Notes: generated from the letters alone by a model not told the origin. A stretch of 64,000 nt of DNA from a bacterium (GCA_963662285.2 CAXXMV010000006.1:1600001-1664000); one strand, 5' to 3'. Shown: positions 31,410 to 41,825, counted from the first letter of the stretch. Numbers and translations: made by a program.

Positions 31410-31964
31410 ATGGATGATGCTATGAATGTTGAGATAAAATTCAAAGAACTAATCAAGTACATCGCTTCGAGATCGATCAGCGATGAATATTTTGGCGCTG
31501 CAAAACTGAATAAGATTCTTTTTTTCTGTGATTTTCTTGCTTATCGCGACCTTGGCAAGTCGATTTCAGGAGAAGGTTATCATAAGGAGCCTTTTGGTCC
31601 GGTTCCCAACCATATTAACAAAGCAATAAAAGAGATGAAAGATTCTAATGGTATTGCTGAAGTTAATTGTCCCTTAGGTAGTTATACGCAGAGAAAAATA
31701 GTCACTCTTGCTGATGTTGACTTGGATATTTTTTCTCCCAGAGAAATCTCTTTAATTGATAACGTCATAGATTCTCTCCGAGGCGCCACCGCTACGGAGG
31801 TGAGCGGCCTTTCCCACAAATTTATCGGATGGCAACTGGCGGAGCAGGGAGAAGATATTCCCTATGAAGTATCTTTGCTGGGTGAGACGACTGTAACTGA
31901 GGATGATATCGAATATGGTAATGCTCTTCTAAAAGAATTTGAAAACAGTTCGGTCTTAATATAA
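31410..31964 (+). CDS. Panacea/SocA (DUF4065) antitoxin-like protein
   Basis: KLNKILFFCDF..Y...G.SISG..Y....FGPVP, S.LSH...W......I.Y. Confidence 0.85.
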   Translation: MDDAMNVEIKFKELIKYIASRSISDEYFGAAKLNKILFFCDFLAYRDLGKSISGEGYHKEPFGPVPNHINKAIKEMKDSNGIAEVNCPLGSYTQRKIVTLADVDLDIFSPREISLIDNVIDSLRGATATEVSGLSHKFIGWQLAEQGEDIPYEVSLLGETTVTEDDIEYGNALLKEFENSSVLI

Positions 31965-32230
31965 TGGAAGAATTGCTGGTCGTTAGAGAACAACGTTTCA
32001 TTCAGCAGTTTAATGATTATAAAGATGATGTTTATCGTCTTCAAGAGCATATCAATGCATTAGAATGGACATTAAAACGGGGAACTAATCCTGGTTTCCT
32101 TATAAATAAAATAGCAAACTTTTGGGTATACTCATATTTCGATCCCATAAACAAACAAGATGTTAAAATCTTCTACCTAATCAAGTCCAACGTTCACCTG
32201 CTAGATATCAGATTAGTTCCTCAAAAATAG
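31964..32230 (+). CDS. Small hypothetical protein, putative cognate toxin (possibly RelE/ParE-like)
   Basis: Translationally coupled (TAATG) to the Panacea gene; 88 aa ending in a beta-rich VKIFYLI...VHLLDI pattern. Confidence 0.55.
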   Translation: MEELLVVREQRFIQQFNDYKDDVYRLQEHINALEWTLKRGTNPGFLINKIANFWVYSYFDPINKQDVKIFYLIKSNVHLLDIRLVPQK

Positions 32231-32246
32231 ATTTTCAGCCATGTCT

Positions 32247-32318
32247 GGTGAGATCGCGCTTTATCGACTCACCAAAAATCATTGATTCGGTGGGTCGAAA
32301 AGACGCGACTCACCCTAC
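32247..32318. repeat. REP family B doublet
   Basis: GGTGAGATCGCGCTTTATCGACTCACC spacer GGTGGGTCGAAAAGACGCGACTCACCCTAC. Confidence 0.78.
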
Positions 32319-32443
32319 GCCGCTAATAAATCCATTTGTATGACTAAAATAAGCGACTCTTCCATAAGATCAATAACAATGATAGTTTACAAAGCATAAT
32401 GATGATATTGAATCTTGAGATTAATAAACTGGATTAAGCTAAT

Positions 32444-33844
32444 ATGAAAAATGTTGTTCTGGTGAGATTGAAAAGTAATTATAATGTTGTCTCTCCCCCT
32501 CTTGGTATCGGATATTTACTAAAAGCTTTGAGCCGGGTTGATGGCGTCAATCCTTTGTTTGTTGATTGCCATCGTGATAATTTGAGTGATGATAAACTCC
32601 TTGAAATGTTGCAAAATAGCAATCCTATATTAATAGGTTTTCAAGTCTATTCGATTGATTATTATAATTTTTCGAGCATATTGCCCCATGTTCATCGAGT
32701 ATGTCCCGAAGCGTTGATTATAGCTGGAGGTCCTCATGTATCCGGTCTACCCGATAAGACATTAATTGATAATCCAACGCTGGATTTTGTGGTCAATGGA
32801 GAAGGTGAAGTAACTATACAGCAATTAATGCACGGGCTGCTTAATGACGCCTTAAAAGATAATATACAAGAAATTCCAAATCTGGTTTATCGTCAGGGCG
32901 ATCGAATAGTTCATAATAATCAACAATTCGTTGATGTTAAAAACTATGGGGCGCCTGACTGGAAGAGACTTGAACCAGATAAATATCCACCAATTCAACA
33001 TGGCACCTTCCACAAATCGAATCGGGTTGTTCCGCTTTTGACGAGCAGGGGATGCCCATATCCGTGCACTTTCTGCGCCGGTCATTTAATTACAGGAAAA
33101 AAAATAAGACGTCGTGTTTTGTCTGATGTAATTGATGAGATAGAGTTTCTGCAATCAACTTATGGATACAATGAATTTATTATAGAAGATGAGAATTTTA
33201 CATATTATAAAGAGCATGTACTGGATTTTGCCGGGGAAATCGAAAAAAGAAAAATTGACTGCTATTTTTCATTTCCTAATGGTATAAGATTAGATCGTTT
33301 AGATGAAGAAATTACGATAGCATTAAAAAAGATGGGAACTTACCTTGTCGGTCTTGGCATAGAATCAGCATCCCCGCGAATATTGAAGAGCATTAAAAAA
33401 AATTGGGATTTAGATTCAGTTAAGCAGAAAATTCAGATGTTAAAACAGCATAAGATAATTGTGTGTGGATTCTTTATTTTCGGATTCCCGGATGAAACAA
33501 AAGCTGATATTGAGTTGACGATCAATTACGCTTTGAAATCAGGTTTTGATCGCGCATACATAGGCAATTATATTCCACTACCTGGCAGTGATGATTTTAA
33601 TGATTTGATCCAAAAAGGTGAACTTATATTAGACCAAATTGATTGGAGAACATACACATCAGGTCTGGGTAAAATACCATATCATCCCTCCGCAATATCT
33701 TCTGATGAACTAATATCATTGATGCGACGGGCAACGATAAAATTTTATTTACGCCCCGGAATTTTATTCAATTTTCTGTTACAAATATTACGCCCTAGTT
33801 CGATAAAGAGTTTATTGTTCAGGATTTATAAATTGTTTTTTTGA
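32444..33844 (+). CDS. B12-binding radical SAM protein
   Basis: PPLGIGYL, AGGPHVS, GEGE cobalamin-binding region; TSRGCPYPCTFC CxxxCxxC; GIES. Confidence 0.93.
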   Translation: MKNVVLVRLKSNYNVVSPPLGIGYLLKALSRVDGVNPLFVDCHRDNLSDDKLLEMLQNSNPILIGFQVYSIDYYNFSSILPHVHRVCPEALIIAGGPHVSGLPDKTLIDNPTLDFVVNGEGEVTIQQLMHGLLNDALKDNIQEIPNLVYRQGDRIVHNNQQFVDVKNYGAPDWKRLEPDKYPPIQHGTFHKSNRVVPLLTSRGCPYPCTFCAGHLITGKKIRRRVLSDVIDEIEFLQSTYGYNEFIIEDENFTYYKEHVLDFAGEIEKRKIDCYFSFPNGIRLDRLDEEITIALKKMGTYLVGLGIESASPRILKSIKKNWDLDSVKQKIQMLKQHKIIVCGFFIFGFPDETKADIELTINYALKSGFDRAYIGNYIPLPGSDDFNDLIQKGELILDQIDWRTYTSGLGKIPYHPSAISSDELISLMRRATIKFYLRPGILFNFLLQILRPSSIKSLLFRIYKLFF

Positions 33845-33868
33845 AATAAAAAAAGAAGATAAAGCCAT

Positions 33869-33918
33869 GTAAGGTGGGTCGCAAACGTCACTTATCCAAC
33901 GGGATGAAACCATCCTAC
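33869..33918. repeat. Degenerate GTAG-type REP
   Basis: GTAAGGTGGGTCGC...CCATCCTAC between convergent genes. Confidence 0.45.
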
Positions 33919-33932
33919 AATTCTATTAGATA

Positions 33933-36620
33933 TTATTCGATTTTATCAGAATATTGAGGGAAATGTTTTTTAATGCATTCGGGGCAGATTCCGTGGCTGA
34001 ATTTCGCTTGGCTGCGTTCCTGGATATAGGCTTCCACCTGACTCCAGTATCCGTGGTCGTCGCGGACTTTCTTGCAGTAGGAGCATATCGGCAGCAGTCC
34101 ATCCAAAATCTTCAATTGCGCAATCTGTTCATTGACTTTTTCTTGCAGTTCTTGGTTGTGTTTTTTGACTTGTCTTACTCGAAATTTGTATAGAATAATG
34201 ACGAGGGCAATAATCGCTAATCCAATTATCGATTGGAACCACCAGGTTAACCAGAAAGGCGGCAGTACGGAAATGGTTAATTCTTTGACTTGCTGGCTTT
34301 GATATCCATCGGCATTGGTTCCGCGAACCTGGAGTGTGCGCTCTCCCGGAGATAGGTCAGCGAATAGAATTTGCTGAGACTTGTTCATCTTTTGCCAGTC
34401 ATTGGATTGGTTGATACGGTATTCAAGCCTGTTAAGTGATGGAGCGACGTAATCCAGTAAGGAAAATTGAAGGTCAAGATTATTTTGGGCGTAGGGCAGT
34501 TCGATGTAATCTATTTTCCAAATGGGCTGACCGCTGATATAACTTTGTCCTTTAACATTAATTTGGTTCAAAACAACAGGAGAATTTGATTGATAATTTT
34601 TAAATGCGTCGGCGTCTATTATATTGAAACCATATTGCCCGCCAAAATAGATTTTACCGTTTCGTCCCGCATAGCGGGATTTGGGAACGTATTCGTAACC
34701 TTGAATTCCATTATGAAGATCATACCAATTTGTTGAATTATCTTGTGGATTATACCTGATCAATCCACGGTTTGTGCTAAGCCAAAGTTTTCCAGTAATA
34801 TCTTCTACGATTCCCAGGATGGCTCTACTGGGAAAAGCATGTAATGCTTCAATATCCTGGAATTCATCGGTTGCAGGATTATAGAGGTTTAATCCCTTAT
34901 TTGATCCTATCCATATTCGTCCCTGGTGATCTGTTATAATATCCCAAATAGTATCATCCAATATACTGTTCGGATCTTTTGAAGTGTGTGAGTAATAGCC
35001 GATCTCTCCGGTTTCCGTGTTTAAGAGATTTAAGCCTTCAGCTTCTGCGCCAACCCATAGATGCTTGTCATCCTTAAACTCAAGCACTGTTAATCGTGAA
35101 TAACTAAACTTATTAGGCTCATCACCATAGACGCGCTTAATTTGGAAATTTGAATCTAAACAAATTACATGTCCAGTATCATTGCATACCCAAAACTGCC
35201 CTTGTTTATCACGGATAATATCTTTGATTGATTGGAAATATCCAATATAGGGGATGCGCTCTTCGTCATAAAAAGAGGTAAATGTTGCTGTTGCAGGATC
35301 AAATAGAAGAAGCCCGTATCCCAGCGTCCCTATTAACAGATTTCCATTGTCTAGTTCAAACAAAGAGTAAACATAATTGGTGACAACGGTATCTATGTGA
35401 GGTTTATTATCTTCGGTTGCATAGATGTAGTTTTTATATTCTCCCGTTTCGGGATCATAGCGGTCTAATCCTTTTTCATGGGTTCCGATCCATACGATGC
35501 CTTGCGAATCTTCTAGCAACGACATGACCGACTTGTCCGATAAACTTGATTTTGAAAAAGCACTGGGTTGGTAACGTTGAATTTGCGTCATGGGATGCCT
35601 GAAAGTATTGATTCCACCGCTTTCTACGCCAACCCATAATAAACCATTGTTATCTTGCAGGAATGAATAAATCCGGTTTGAACTAAGGCTGGATTCAACT
35701 GTTGGATCATTTTTATATAGAGAAAATCTTTCTGTAGACGAGTCATAATAATATAGTCCTGCATTTAATGTGCCGATCCATAGATTTCCAAAACTATCTT
35801 CTTGAATTAGTCTCACATTGCAATTTTTTATCTCATCCACTGGCTCAAAGGCAAAGTCGTCCGGATTAAAACGCAACAGGCCTTTGTCCCAAGTTCCAAC
35901 CCAAAAGCGATTTTTAGAGTCTTCTAGAATACATGTCGGGGTCCAGGGTATGGATGGCGTCATGTCATCTTGCTCCGGCATGATGCGGGTGAATGTTTTG
36001 CCGTCATCATTTAAGCGATTCATCCCTTTGCTATGAGTAGCAATCCATATCGTTCCCTTATGATCTTCAAAGACATCGTTGATGTGGCTTAAAGAAAGCG
36101 TTGTCGTATCGTTTGGATCATGAAAAAAACTCTCAAATGAATCTGTTTCATAGGAATAAGCGCGCAATCCATTAACGGCGCCGATCCAAATACGTCCTAG
36201 TGAATCTTCAAATATATTCAAAATAAAGTTGGCGCCTGGCTTATCTGAGTCAATTTCGTCAAACATAAATCGCGTGATGCGATCCGTTTGCGGATCCCAA
36301 CGGTTTAAGCCATTGTCGGTAGCAATCCATAGATAACCTCTGCTATCGATAAATAGAGCTAAAATTTGGTTGCTTGATAATGATTCAGGATTATTAGGAT
36401 CATTCTTGTAGATGGTGAAGTTAACTCCATCATAACGATTTAATCCTTCATTGGTTCCAAGCCATATATATCCGTTAATATCTTGAGCAATAGTACGGAC
36501 GGTGTTATTAGAAAGACCATCCGTCGAATAGAGATGATTAAATATGATGGGAATATGATCCGAATAGACCAATAAGTGCACATTGAGAAATATGAAAAGG
36601 GTAAATAATAATTTACTCAT
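33933..36620 (-). CDS. Two-component-regulator propeller (Reg_prop + Y_Y_Y) membrane sensor with short Cys-rich cytoplasmic tail and no kinase domain
   Basis: Many D..G.LWIGT..GL repeats, Y_Y_Y domain, PPFW.TWWF TM, then LLPICSYCKKVRD..GYW..VE.YI......FSHGICPEC. Confidence 0.88.
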   Translation of the reverse strand: MSKLLFTLFIFLNVHLLVYSDHIPIIFNHLYSTDGLSNNTVRTIAQDINGYIWLGTNEGLNRYDGVNFTIYKNDPNNPESLSSNQILALFIDSRGYLWIATDNGLNRWDPQTDRITRFMFDEIDSDKPGANFILNIFEDSLGRIWIGAVNGLRAYSYETDSFESFFHDPNDTTTLSLSHINDVFEDHKGTIWIATHSKGMNRLNDDGKTFTRIMPEQDDMTPSIPWTPTCILEDSKNRFWVGTWDKGLLRFNPDDFAFEPVDEIKNCNVRLIQEDSFGNLWIGTLNAGLYYYDSSTERFSLYKNDPTVESSLSSNRIYSFLQDNNGLLWVGVESGGINTFRHPMTQIQRYQPSAFSKSSLSDKSVMSLLEDSQGIVWIGTHEKGLDRYDPETGEYKNYIYATEDNKPHIDTVVTNYVYSLFELDNGNLLIGTLGYGLLLFDPATATFTSFYDEERIPYIGYFQSIKDIIRDKQGQFWVCNDTGHVICLDSNFQIKRVYGDEPNKFSYSRLTVLEFKDDKHLWVGAEAEGLNLLNTETGEIGYYSHTSKDPNSILDDTIWDIITDHQGRIWIGSNKGLNLYNPATDEFQDIEALHAFPSRAILGIVEDITGKLWLSTNRGLIRYNPQDNSTNWYDLHNGIQGYEYVPKSRYAGRNGKIYFGGQYGFNIIDADAFKNYQSNSPVVLNQINVKGQSYISGQPIWKIDYIELPYAQNNLDLQFSLLDYVAPSLNRLEYRINQSNDWQKMNKSQQILFADLSPGERTLQVRGTNADGYQSQQVKELTISVLPPFWLTWWFQSIIGLAIIALVIILYKFRVRQVKKHNQELQEKVNEQIAQLKILDGLLPICSYCKKVRDDHGYWSQVEAYIQERSQAKFSHGICPECIKKHFPQYSDKIE

Positions 36621-36795
36621 AATTAAATTGTATATACTTTCTAAACAAGAAAGAGAAGGTTATCTCTATAATATTTAAATACTATTATTCTGTATAGTTT
36701 ACCGCAAATTTTATCGATTAGGTATATTAACCGGGTTACAGAGAGATTTAGCCGTTTTCTTGATTCTAGAGTAGTTGTTAAGTTTGACAATCATT

Positions 36796-37920
36796 CTAAT
36801 CGAATTTGTTAAAAAAAGGTATGAATGAATGGACATTCACCCTGAATAAACAGAGTGAGTTGCTGAGTGCGTTAAAGGTGATTAACGATTTTCCATTCCA
36901 AACAGGATTAAAAAATTGACCGTCAGTTCTATGGAGTTCTTTGGGAATCAAGCCATCCATTTCATAAATAGCTAAACCACTCTTATAGTTATCGATAGAA
37001 ATGAAATAATCACCAATGGGTACAATATGACCAGGGATAAATGGCGTTTGCGTCTCTTGGGTTTTGACGGGAGAAGCGGGAGTTGATACATCATAAATTT
37101 TTAAGGTTGGTAAGCCTCCAATCCAAACCGTAGTGTATAAATAATGGCTAAATTTGTTAATTTTTATTATGTTCATTGATGAGTTTGTTGTTTCTGGAAA
37201 AGAGATGGTATGGACGATTCGGGGGTGTTCCATATCCTCCCAATCGAGAACGCATAGCTGATAGTCGGTCATTTCCCAAGAATGCTGGCCTTGCGTAGCA
37301 ATCAGCAGGAATGCATGGGCATCGTCTCCAATTTCAAAATCGATCACCCGGTTTCCCGGAAGTTCTACAAAAGATTTACGCACTGCTTTGACCGGATCAC
37401 TGATATCTAGTAGTTCCACTTTTCCATATCGTGGAGATAGAAGCGCTTTTTGATTCACGGTCCAAATCGAACCGCCATTCATTCTGTTTTCATTTGGAGT
37501 ATAGGTTCCTACAAGAACAGGATTCTCTGGATTTTCGATATCGATTATTTCCAAACGGGATTCAGAAGGCAGGTATACGTATGGCCATACGGTTTTGGAA
37601 GAATACGTAGGAGAGTCATCAATAGCATATCCACCTATGGCGTCTGATTTGTAACTCTGTAATTCTCTTGGATTATAAATATCAGAGACATCGAACAGTA
37701 CAAGGCCGGAGGAAAATTGGTAATTTAGTTCATTGCGCTTACATCTGGTTGTTGCGATTAACGTGTCATCGCGAACTGCTAAATTTCCAATAAAATTTTG
37801 TGGATAATCAAGTTGAAGTGAATGAATACGGTATAGAAAAGGATTTTCTGAACTAAAGCTTGCTTGAATGGTCGATAAAATTGTGATGATAATTAGTAGG
37901 TATTGGATTATCTGTTTCAC
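36796..37920 (-). CDS. Secreted LVIVD-repeat beta-propeller protein
   Basis: GLVLFDVSDIYNP, LEIIDIENPENP, VELLDISDP, LKIYDVSTPASP; signal peptide. Confidence 0.8.
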   Translation of the reverse strand: MKQIIQYLLIIITILSTIQASFSSENPFLYRIHSLQLDYPQNFIGNLAVRDDTLIATTRCKRNELNYQFSSGLVLFDVSDIYNPRELQSYKSDAIGGYAIDDSPTYSSKTVWPYVYLPSESRLEIIDIENPENPVLVGTYTPNENRMNGGSIWTVNQKALLSPRYGKVELLDISDPVKAVRKSFVELPGNRVIDFEIGDDAHAFLLIATQGQHSWEMTDYQLCVLDWEDMEHPRIVHTISFPETTNSSMNIIKINKFSHYLYTTVWIGGLPTLKIYDVSTPASPVKTQETQTPFIPGHIVPIGDYFISIDNYKSGLAIYEMDGLIPKELHRTDGQFFNPVWNGKSLITFNALSNSLCLFRVNVHSFIPFFNKFD

Positions 37921-37984
37921 AATAAATCTTCTCCTGATGAATCAACTATTGTATGCATATAACAACTTTATTATGCAAGTCAAA

Positions 37985-38638
37985 CTAATCAAAGGTATTC
38001 CACAGATCGCCGAATGCTATGCGGAAATCCCGTTCTCCGCTGAATGATAGTTTCTGCGCGATCCAGATGTCGCCATCGGATACCAGGCCGTTTGAACTGT
38101 TATAGGGAACCGATTTTCCCTGTGAAATAAGCCAGCGTACATCGTCATAATCTCCATCGGTTCCAGCAGCGATGAATACCCAATAGGCGCCGAGGTTGCC
38201 GTTGGGGCAATGGCTGGTTCCATAGGTGTAGAAAATCCCCTTGACGAATGGATCGACCGGGATGGAGGTGATATATGATACGGGGGTGGTTAGCTGGGCG
38301 TAGATGCGTCCATCATTATTGGGATCATAGCAGTTAAGCCCCATATCGCTGCATTTTTTGCCCCAGCGCTGATTGCCCCAGGGCGTCAAGACGCAATCCT
38401 CTGGTTTCCCGTTTCCCTCTGCGCCCTGGTCGTTTCCGTCAACCATCCATTTGTTGCAATCCATCTGCCTGATGCTGTTTTGGGTATGCAGCATCTTGAC
38501 GTCGGAAAACGACCGCGCCAGTTTTGCTCTGATCTGGGCGTTGAGAAAGTTGGGTACTGCAATAGCTGCCAAAATTCCAATAATGGCGACCACGATTAGA
38601 AGTTCTATCAAGGTAAAGGCTTTTTTCTGATTCATCAT
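37985..38638 (-). CDS. Type IV pilin / T2SS pseudopilin-like protein (prepilin N-terminal methylation motif)
   Basis: KKA-FTLIELLIVVAIIGILAAIAVPNF; LTTPVSYITSIPVDPF; YNSSNGLVSDGDI. Confidence 0.9.
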   Translation of the reverse strand: MMNQKKAFTLIELLIVVAIIGILAAIAVPNFLNAQIRAKLARSFSDVKMLHTQNSIRQMDCNKWMVDGNDQGAEGNGKPEDCVLTPWGNQRWGKKCSDMGLNCYDPNNDGRIYAQLTTPVSYITSIPVDPFVKGIFYTYGTSHCPNGNLGAYWVFIAAGTDGDYDDVRWLISQGKSVPYNSSNGLVSDGDIWIAQKLSFSGERDFRIAFGDLWNTFD

Positions 38639-38985
38639 AATCATAAGTTCCATCCCCAATTCAAGTTTTCTTTAGAAACGAGCAGTTTTTGAGCATCGAT
38701 CTAAATATATCTACGAAATTTTGGTATCATAATCAATTAACTCCTACATTGTAATAATATTTCATATTATACGTACAAATTCAATCCAAATCCCGCAAAC
38801 GCATATATATTTCATGAAAAATCTTCATTATCCTCTTGATATAGCGGAGGGTATGTTGTTTCCCGGAATATTCATAGATTCGGCGGTTTTGGTTACAGAT
38901 CAGTTTACCGGGTCGTTTTTCTGTATTGACGGAGGGGGAATCTACTGTTTAACTTGAATTATGGTTCGCAGATATCCTATAAGAG

Positions 38986-40446
38986 ATGGTTGCTGAATTA
39001 CAAAAGGTGAAAAACATGAAACCAAAAACGAACAACGATTTTCATAAAGCGCCTATCGCTCATGGCGCCGGAGCGGCTAAAGATGAGAATAAAACCGGAT
39101 GTTTCACCCGTAGGCGGTTTATCGGCCAGAGCGGCGCCGCGCTTGGTGGTGCGGCTGCGGGATTGATGATTGTACCACGGCATGTTTTAGGAAGAGCGGG
39201 GGAGTCTTCACCCAGTGACAAGTTATGCATAGCCGGGATTGGCATTGGAGGCATGGGCGCCAGCAATCTAAGGGAACTGCAATCTGAAAATATCGTCGCC
39301 CTGTGCGACGTGGATCACAATTACGCCGCCCGGCAGTTTGAGCGATATTCCAAAGCCAAAGTTTATAAAGATTACCGTAAAATGCTGGAAACGCAGAAAG
39401 ATATCGACGCGGTGATGATTGCCACGCCGGATCATACTCATGCCGTAATTTCGATGGCTGCCATCAAAGCGGGTAAGCATGTGTACTGCCAGAAGCCATT
39501 GACTCATGACGTCTATGAAGCGCGTATGTTGGCGCATGCGGCTAAAGAAGCTGGCGTAGCCACCCAAATGGGCAACCAGGGTCATTCAAATGATGGCATC
39601 CGCCAGATTTGCGAATGGATTTGGGATGGCGCCATTGGCGATATCCGCGAAGTCGATGGATGGTGCGACCTTTCGTATTATCCCTGGGGACATGCGGGAT
39701 GGAGTTCGAAATGGGGCGAACGGCCTCAAGACACTCCTGCCGTTCCCGATTCGTTGGATTGGGATTTGTGGCTGGGTCCGGCGCCGGAGCGTCCTTATCA
39801 CCCTGCATACCATCCGGCAGTGTGGCGTTGCTGGTGGGATTTCGGCTGCGGCATGATGGGCGACCGGGGAGCGCATACCATAGACGGCGCTGTGTGGGCG
39901 CTTGATCTTGGCGCCCCTACATCAATTGAGGCGACTTCGTGCGGGTTGAATCTGGATACTCATCCACTTTCGGCTATTGTAACTTATCAATTCCCCAAGC
40001 GGGGGAAAATGCCGCCTGTACAGTTAAGATGGTATGAAGGCACCCGTCCTCCGCATCCGGCGGATATTAAAGAATATATTAAATGGCCAGCTGAAGGCGG
40101 GCTTCTTTTTAAGGGCAGCAAGGGAATGATTGCGGCCGATGTATATTCCAGTAATCCCCGCTTGTTGCCCGCAAGTTTGGATAAGGATTATAAACGACCC
40201 GCTCCAAAAATTCCAAGAGTGAAAACCACCCATGAAATGAACTGGGTGCAAGCCTGCAAGACAGGTCAAAAAGCCTGCTCTGATTTCAGTTATTCCGGCC
40301 CTCTGACCGAAATTTGCCTGCTGGGCAATATCGCCAAACGGATGGATACACGAATCATGTGGGATGGCGAAAAAATGCAGGCGACCAATTGCCCGGATGC
40401 GAACCAATACGTTAAGACTAACTACCGCAAAGGCTGGTCGCTGTAA
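38986..40446 (+). CDS. Tat-exported Gfo/Idh/MocA oxidoreductase
   Basis: TRRRFIGQ, IGIGGMG, ATPDHTH, HVYCQKPL, WDLWLGPAP, GDRGAH; exact start uncertain. Confidence 0.92.
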   Translation: MVAELQKVKNMKPKTNNDFHKAPIAHGAGAAKDENKTGCFTRRRFIGQSGAALGGAAAGLMIVPRHVLGRAGESSPSDKLCIAGIGIGGMGASNLRELQSENIVALCDVDHNYAARQFERYSKAKVYKDYRKMLETQKDIDAVMIATPDHTHAVISMAAIKAGKHVYCQKPLTHDVYEARMLAHAAKEAGVATQMGNQGHSNDGIRQICEWIWDGAIGDIREVDGWCDLSYYPWGHAGWSSKWGERPQDTPAVPDSLDWDLWLGPAPERPYHPAYHPAVWRCWWDFGCGMMGDRGAHTIDGAVWALDLGAPTSIEATSCGLNLDTHPLSAIVTYQFPKRGKMPPVQLRWYEGTRPPHPADIKEYIKWPAEGGLLFKGSKGMIAADVYSSNPRLLPASLDKDYKRPAPKIPRVKTTHEMNWVQACKTGQKACSDFSYSGPLTEICLLGNIAKRMDTRIMWDGEKMQATNCPDANQYVKTNYRKGWSL

Positions 40447-40500
40447 ACCGGGCTGTGCGTGGAAATTGGTGTGTAATAAGCGCTCAAATAATGCTACTCA

Positions 40501-40532
40501 AAAAAAAAGGCGGCTCGTTAGAGCCGCCTTTG
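40501..40532. terminator. Terminator between convergent genes (U-tract serves the minus-strand fab operon)
   Basis: AAAAAAAAGGCGGCTC GTTA GAGCCGCCTTT. Confidence 0.8.
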
Positions 40533-40557
40533 GGGTTTTGCTGATTTTAAAGAATTG

Positions 40558-41796
40558 CTATTCAAACTTCTTCAGCGCTAGAACCGCATTGTGGCCGCCA
40601 AAACCGAAGGAATTGGAGATAGCCGTTTTAATCTTCAGTTCACGCGCCTGATTGGGAACGTAATCCAGGTCGCAATCAGGATCGGGAGTCTGGTAGTTGA
40701 TTGTGGGAGGAACAATCCCGCACTGCAATGCTTTAGCGCAAGCAATGAATTCAACCGCTCCAGCAGCGCCCAACAGATGACCAGTCATAGACTTGGTGGA
40801 ACTGACTGGAATCTTTTTGGCGTGTTCTCCAAAAAGAGTCTTGATGGCAATAGTTTCAAATTTATCATTATAAGGCGTAGAGGTGCCATGCGCATTGATA
40901 TAATCAACATCTTCCAATGTCATGCCAGCATCTTCGACAGCTAGTTGCATAGCCTTTTTTGCTCCGATGCCTTCTGGATGGGGCATGGTGATATGATGCG
41001 CATCGCCGGACATGCCATAACCAGTCAACTCGGCGTAAATAGAAGCGCCGCGTTTTTTGGCGTGTTCCAGTTCTTCAATGACAACAATCCCGGCGCCTTC
41101 ACCCATGACGAAACCATCACGGTCTTTTTCAAATGGACGGCTCGCTCCTGTCGCATCATCGTTGCGTCTGGAAAGAGCGCGCAAAGAACAGAAACCGCCG
41201 AAGCCCAGTGGGGTTAAGGCTGCTTCCGTACCGCCTGCAATCATCACGTCAGCGTCATCACGCTGGATCAGACGCATAGCGTCGCCAATGGAATGATTGC
41301 CGGTGGCGCAGGCTGTGACCACGCTGGAATTGGGGCCTTGAAAACCAAAGCGTATAGATATCAGTCCCGCAGCGATATTAACGATCAACATCGGTATCAG
41401 ATGCGGGCTGATGCGCCTTGGTCCTTTGGCGTCCAATACTTCTTTTTGTTTTTCGAGAGTAGCTATCCCGCCTATTCCCGAACCAACGATAACGCCGGCG
41501 CGGGATAGATCGATGGATTCAAGATCCAAACCGGAATTTTCGACTGCTTCCGCTGACGCCACTATCGCGTACTGAGCAAAAAGATCAGTATGTTCGACGT
41601 CTTTAGGGTTGATAACTGGTTCAGGATTGAAATCCTTCACTTCAGCATCCACTTGTGATGAGTGTTTACTGGCATCAAAACGCGTAACCGGCCCGGTGCC
41701 TGACCTGCCGTTCTTCAGCGAATCCCAGAACTCACCGACGGTGTTTCCAATAGGAGATACAACTCCCATACCTGTTATGACAACACGACGAGACAT
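40558..41796 (-). CDS. fabF: 3-oxoacyl-ACP synthase II
   Basis: [11 protein letters not shown] (RBS AGGAG), [35 protein letters not shown]. Confidence 0.97.
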   Translation of the reverse strand: MSRRVVITGMGVVSPIGNTVGEFWDSLKNGRSGTGPVTRFDASKHSSQVDAEVKDFNPEPVINPKDVEHTDLFAQYAIVASAEAVENSGLDLESIDLSRAGVIVGSGIGGIATLEKQKEVLDAKGPRRISPHLIPMLIVNIAAGLISIRFGFQGPNSSVVTACATGNHSIGDAMRLIQRDDADVMIAGGTEAALTPLGFGGFCSLRALSRRNDDATGASRPFEKDRDGFVMGEGAGIVVIEELEHAKKRGASIYAELTGYGMSGDAHHITMPHPEGIGAKKAMQLAVEDAGMTLEDVDYINAHGTSTPYNDKFETIAIKTLFGEHAKKIPVSSTKSMTGHLLGAAGAVEFIACAKALQCGIVPPTINYQTPDPDCDLDYVPNQARELKIKTAISNSFGFGGHNAVLALKKFE

Positions 41797-41825
41797 TAAT
41801 TTGTTACTCCTATGGTCCAATACGA

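Noticed and set aside
31234-33918. Integron cassette array (repeats after consecutive genes)
   Set aside because: The repeats are GTAG-REP-like, lack attC RYYYAAC/GTTRRRY ends, and no intI is present.
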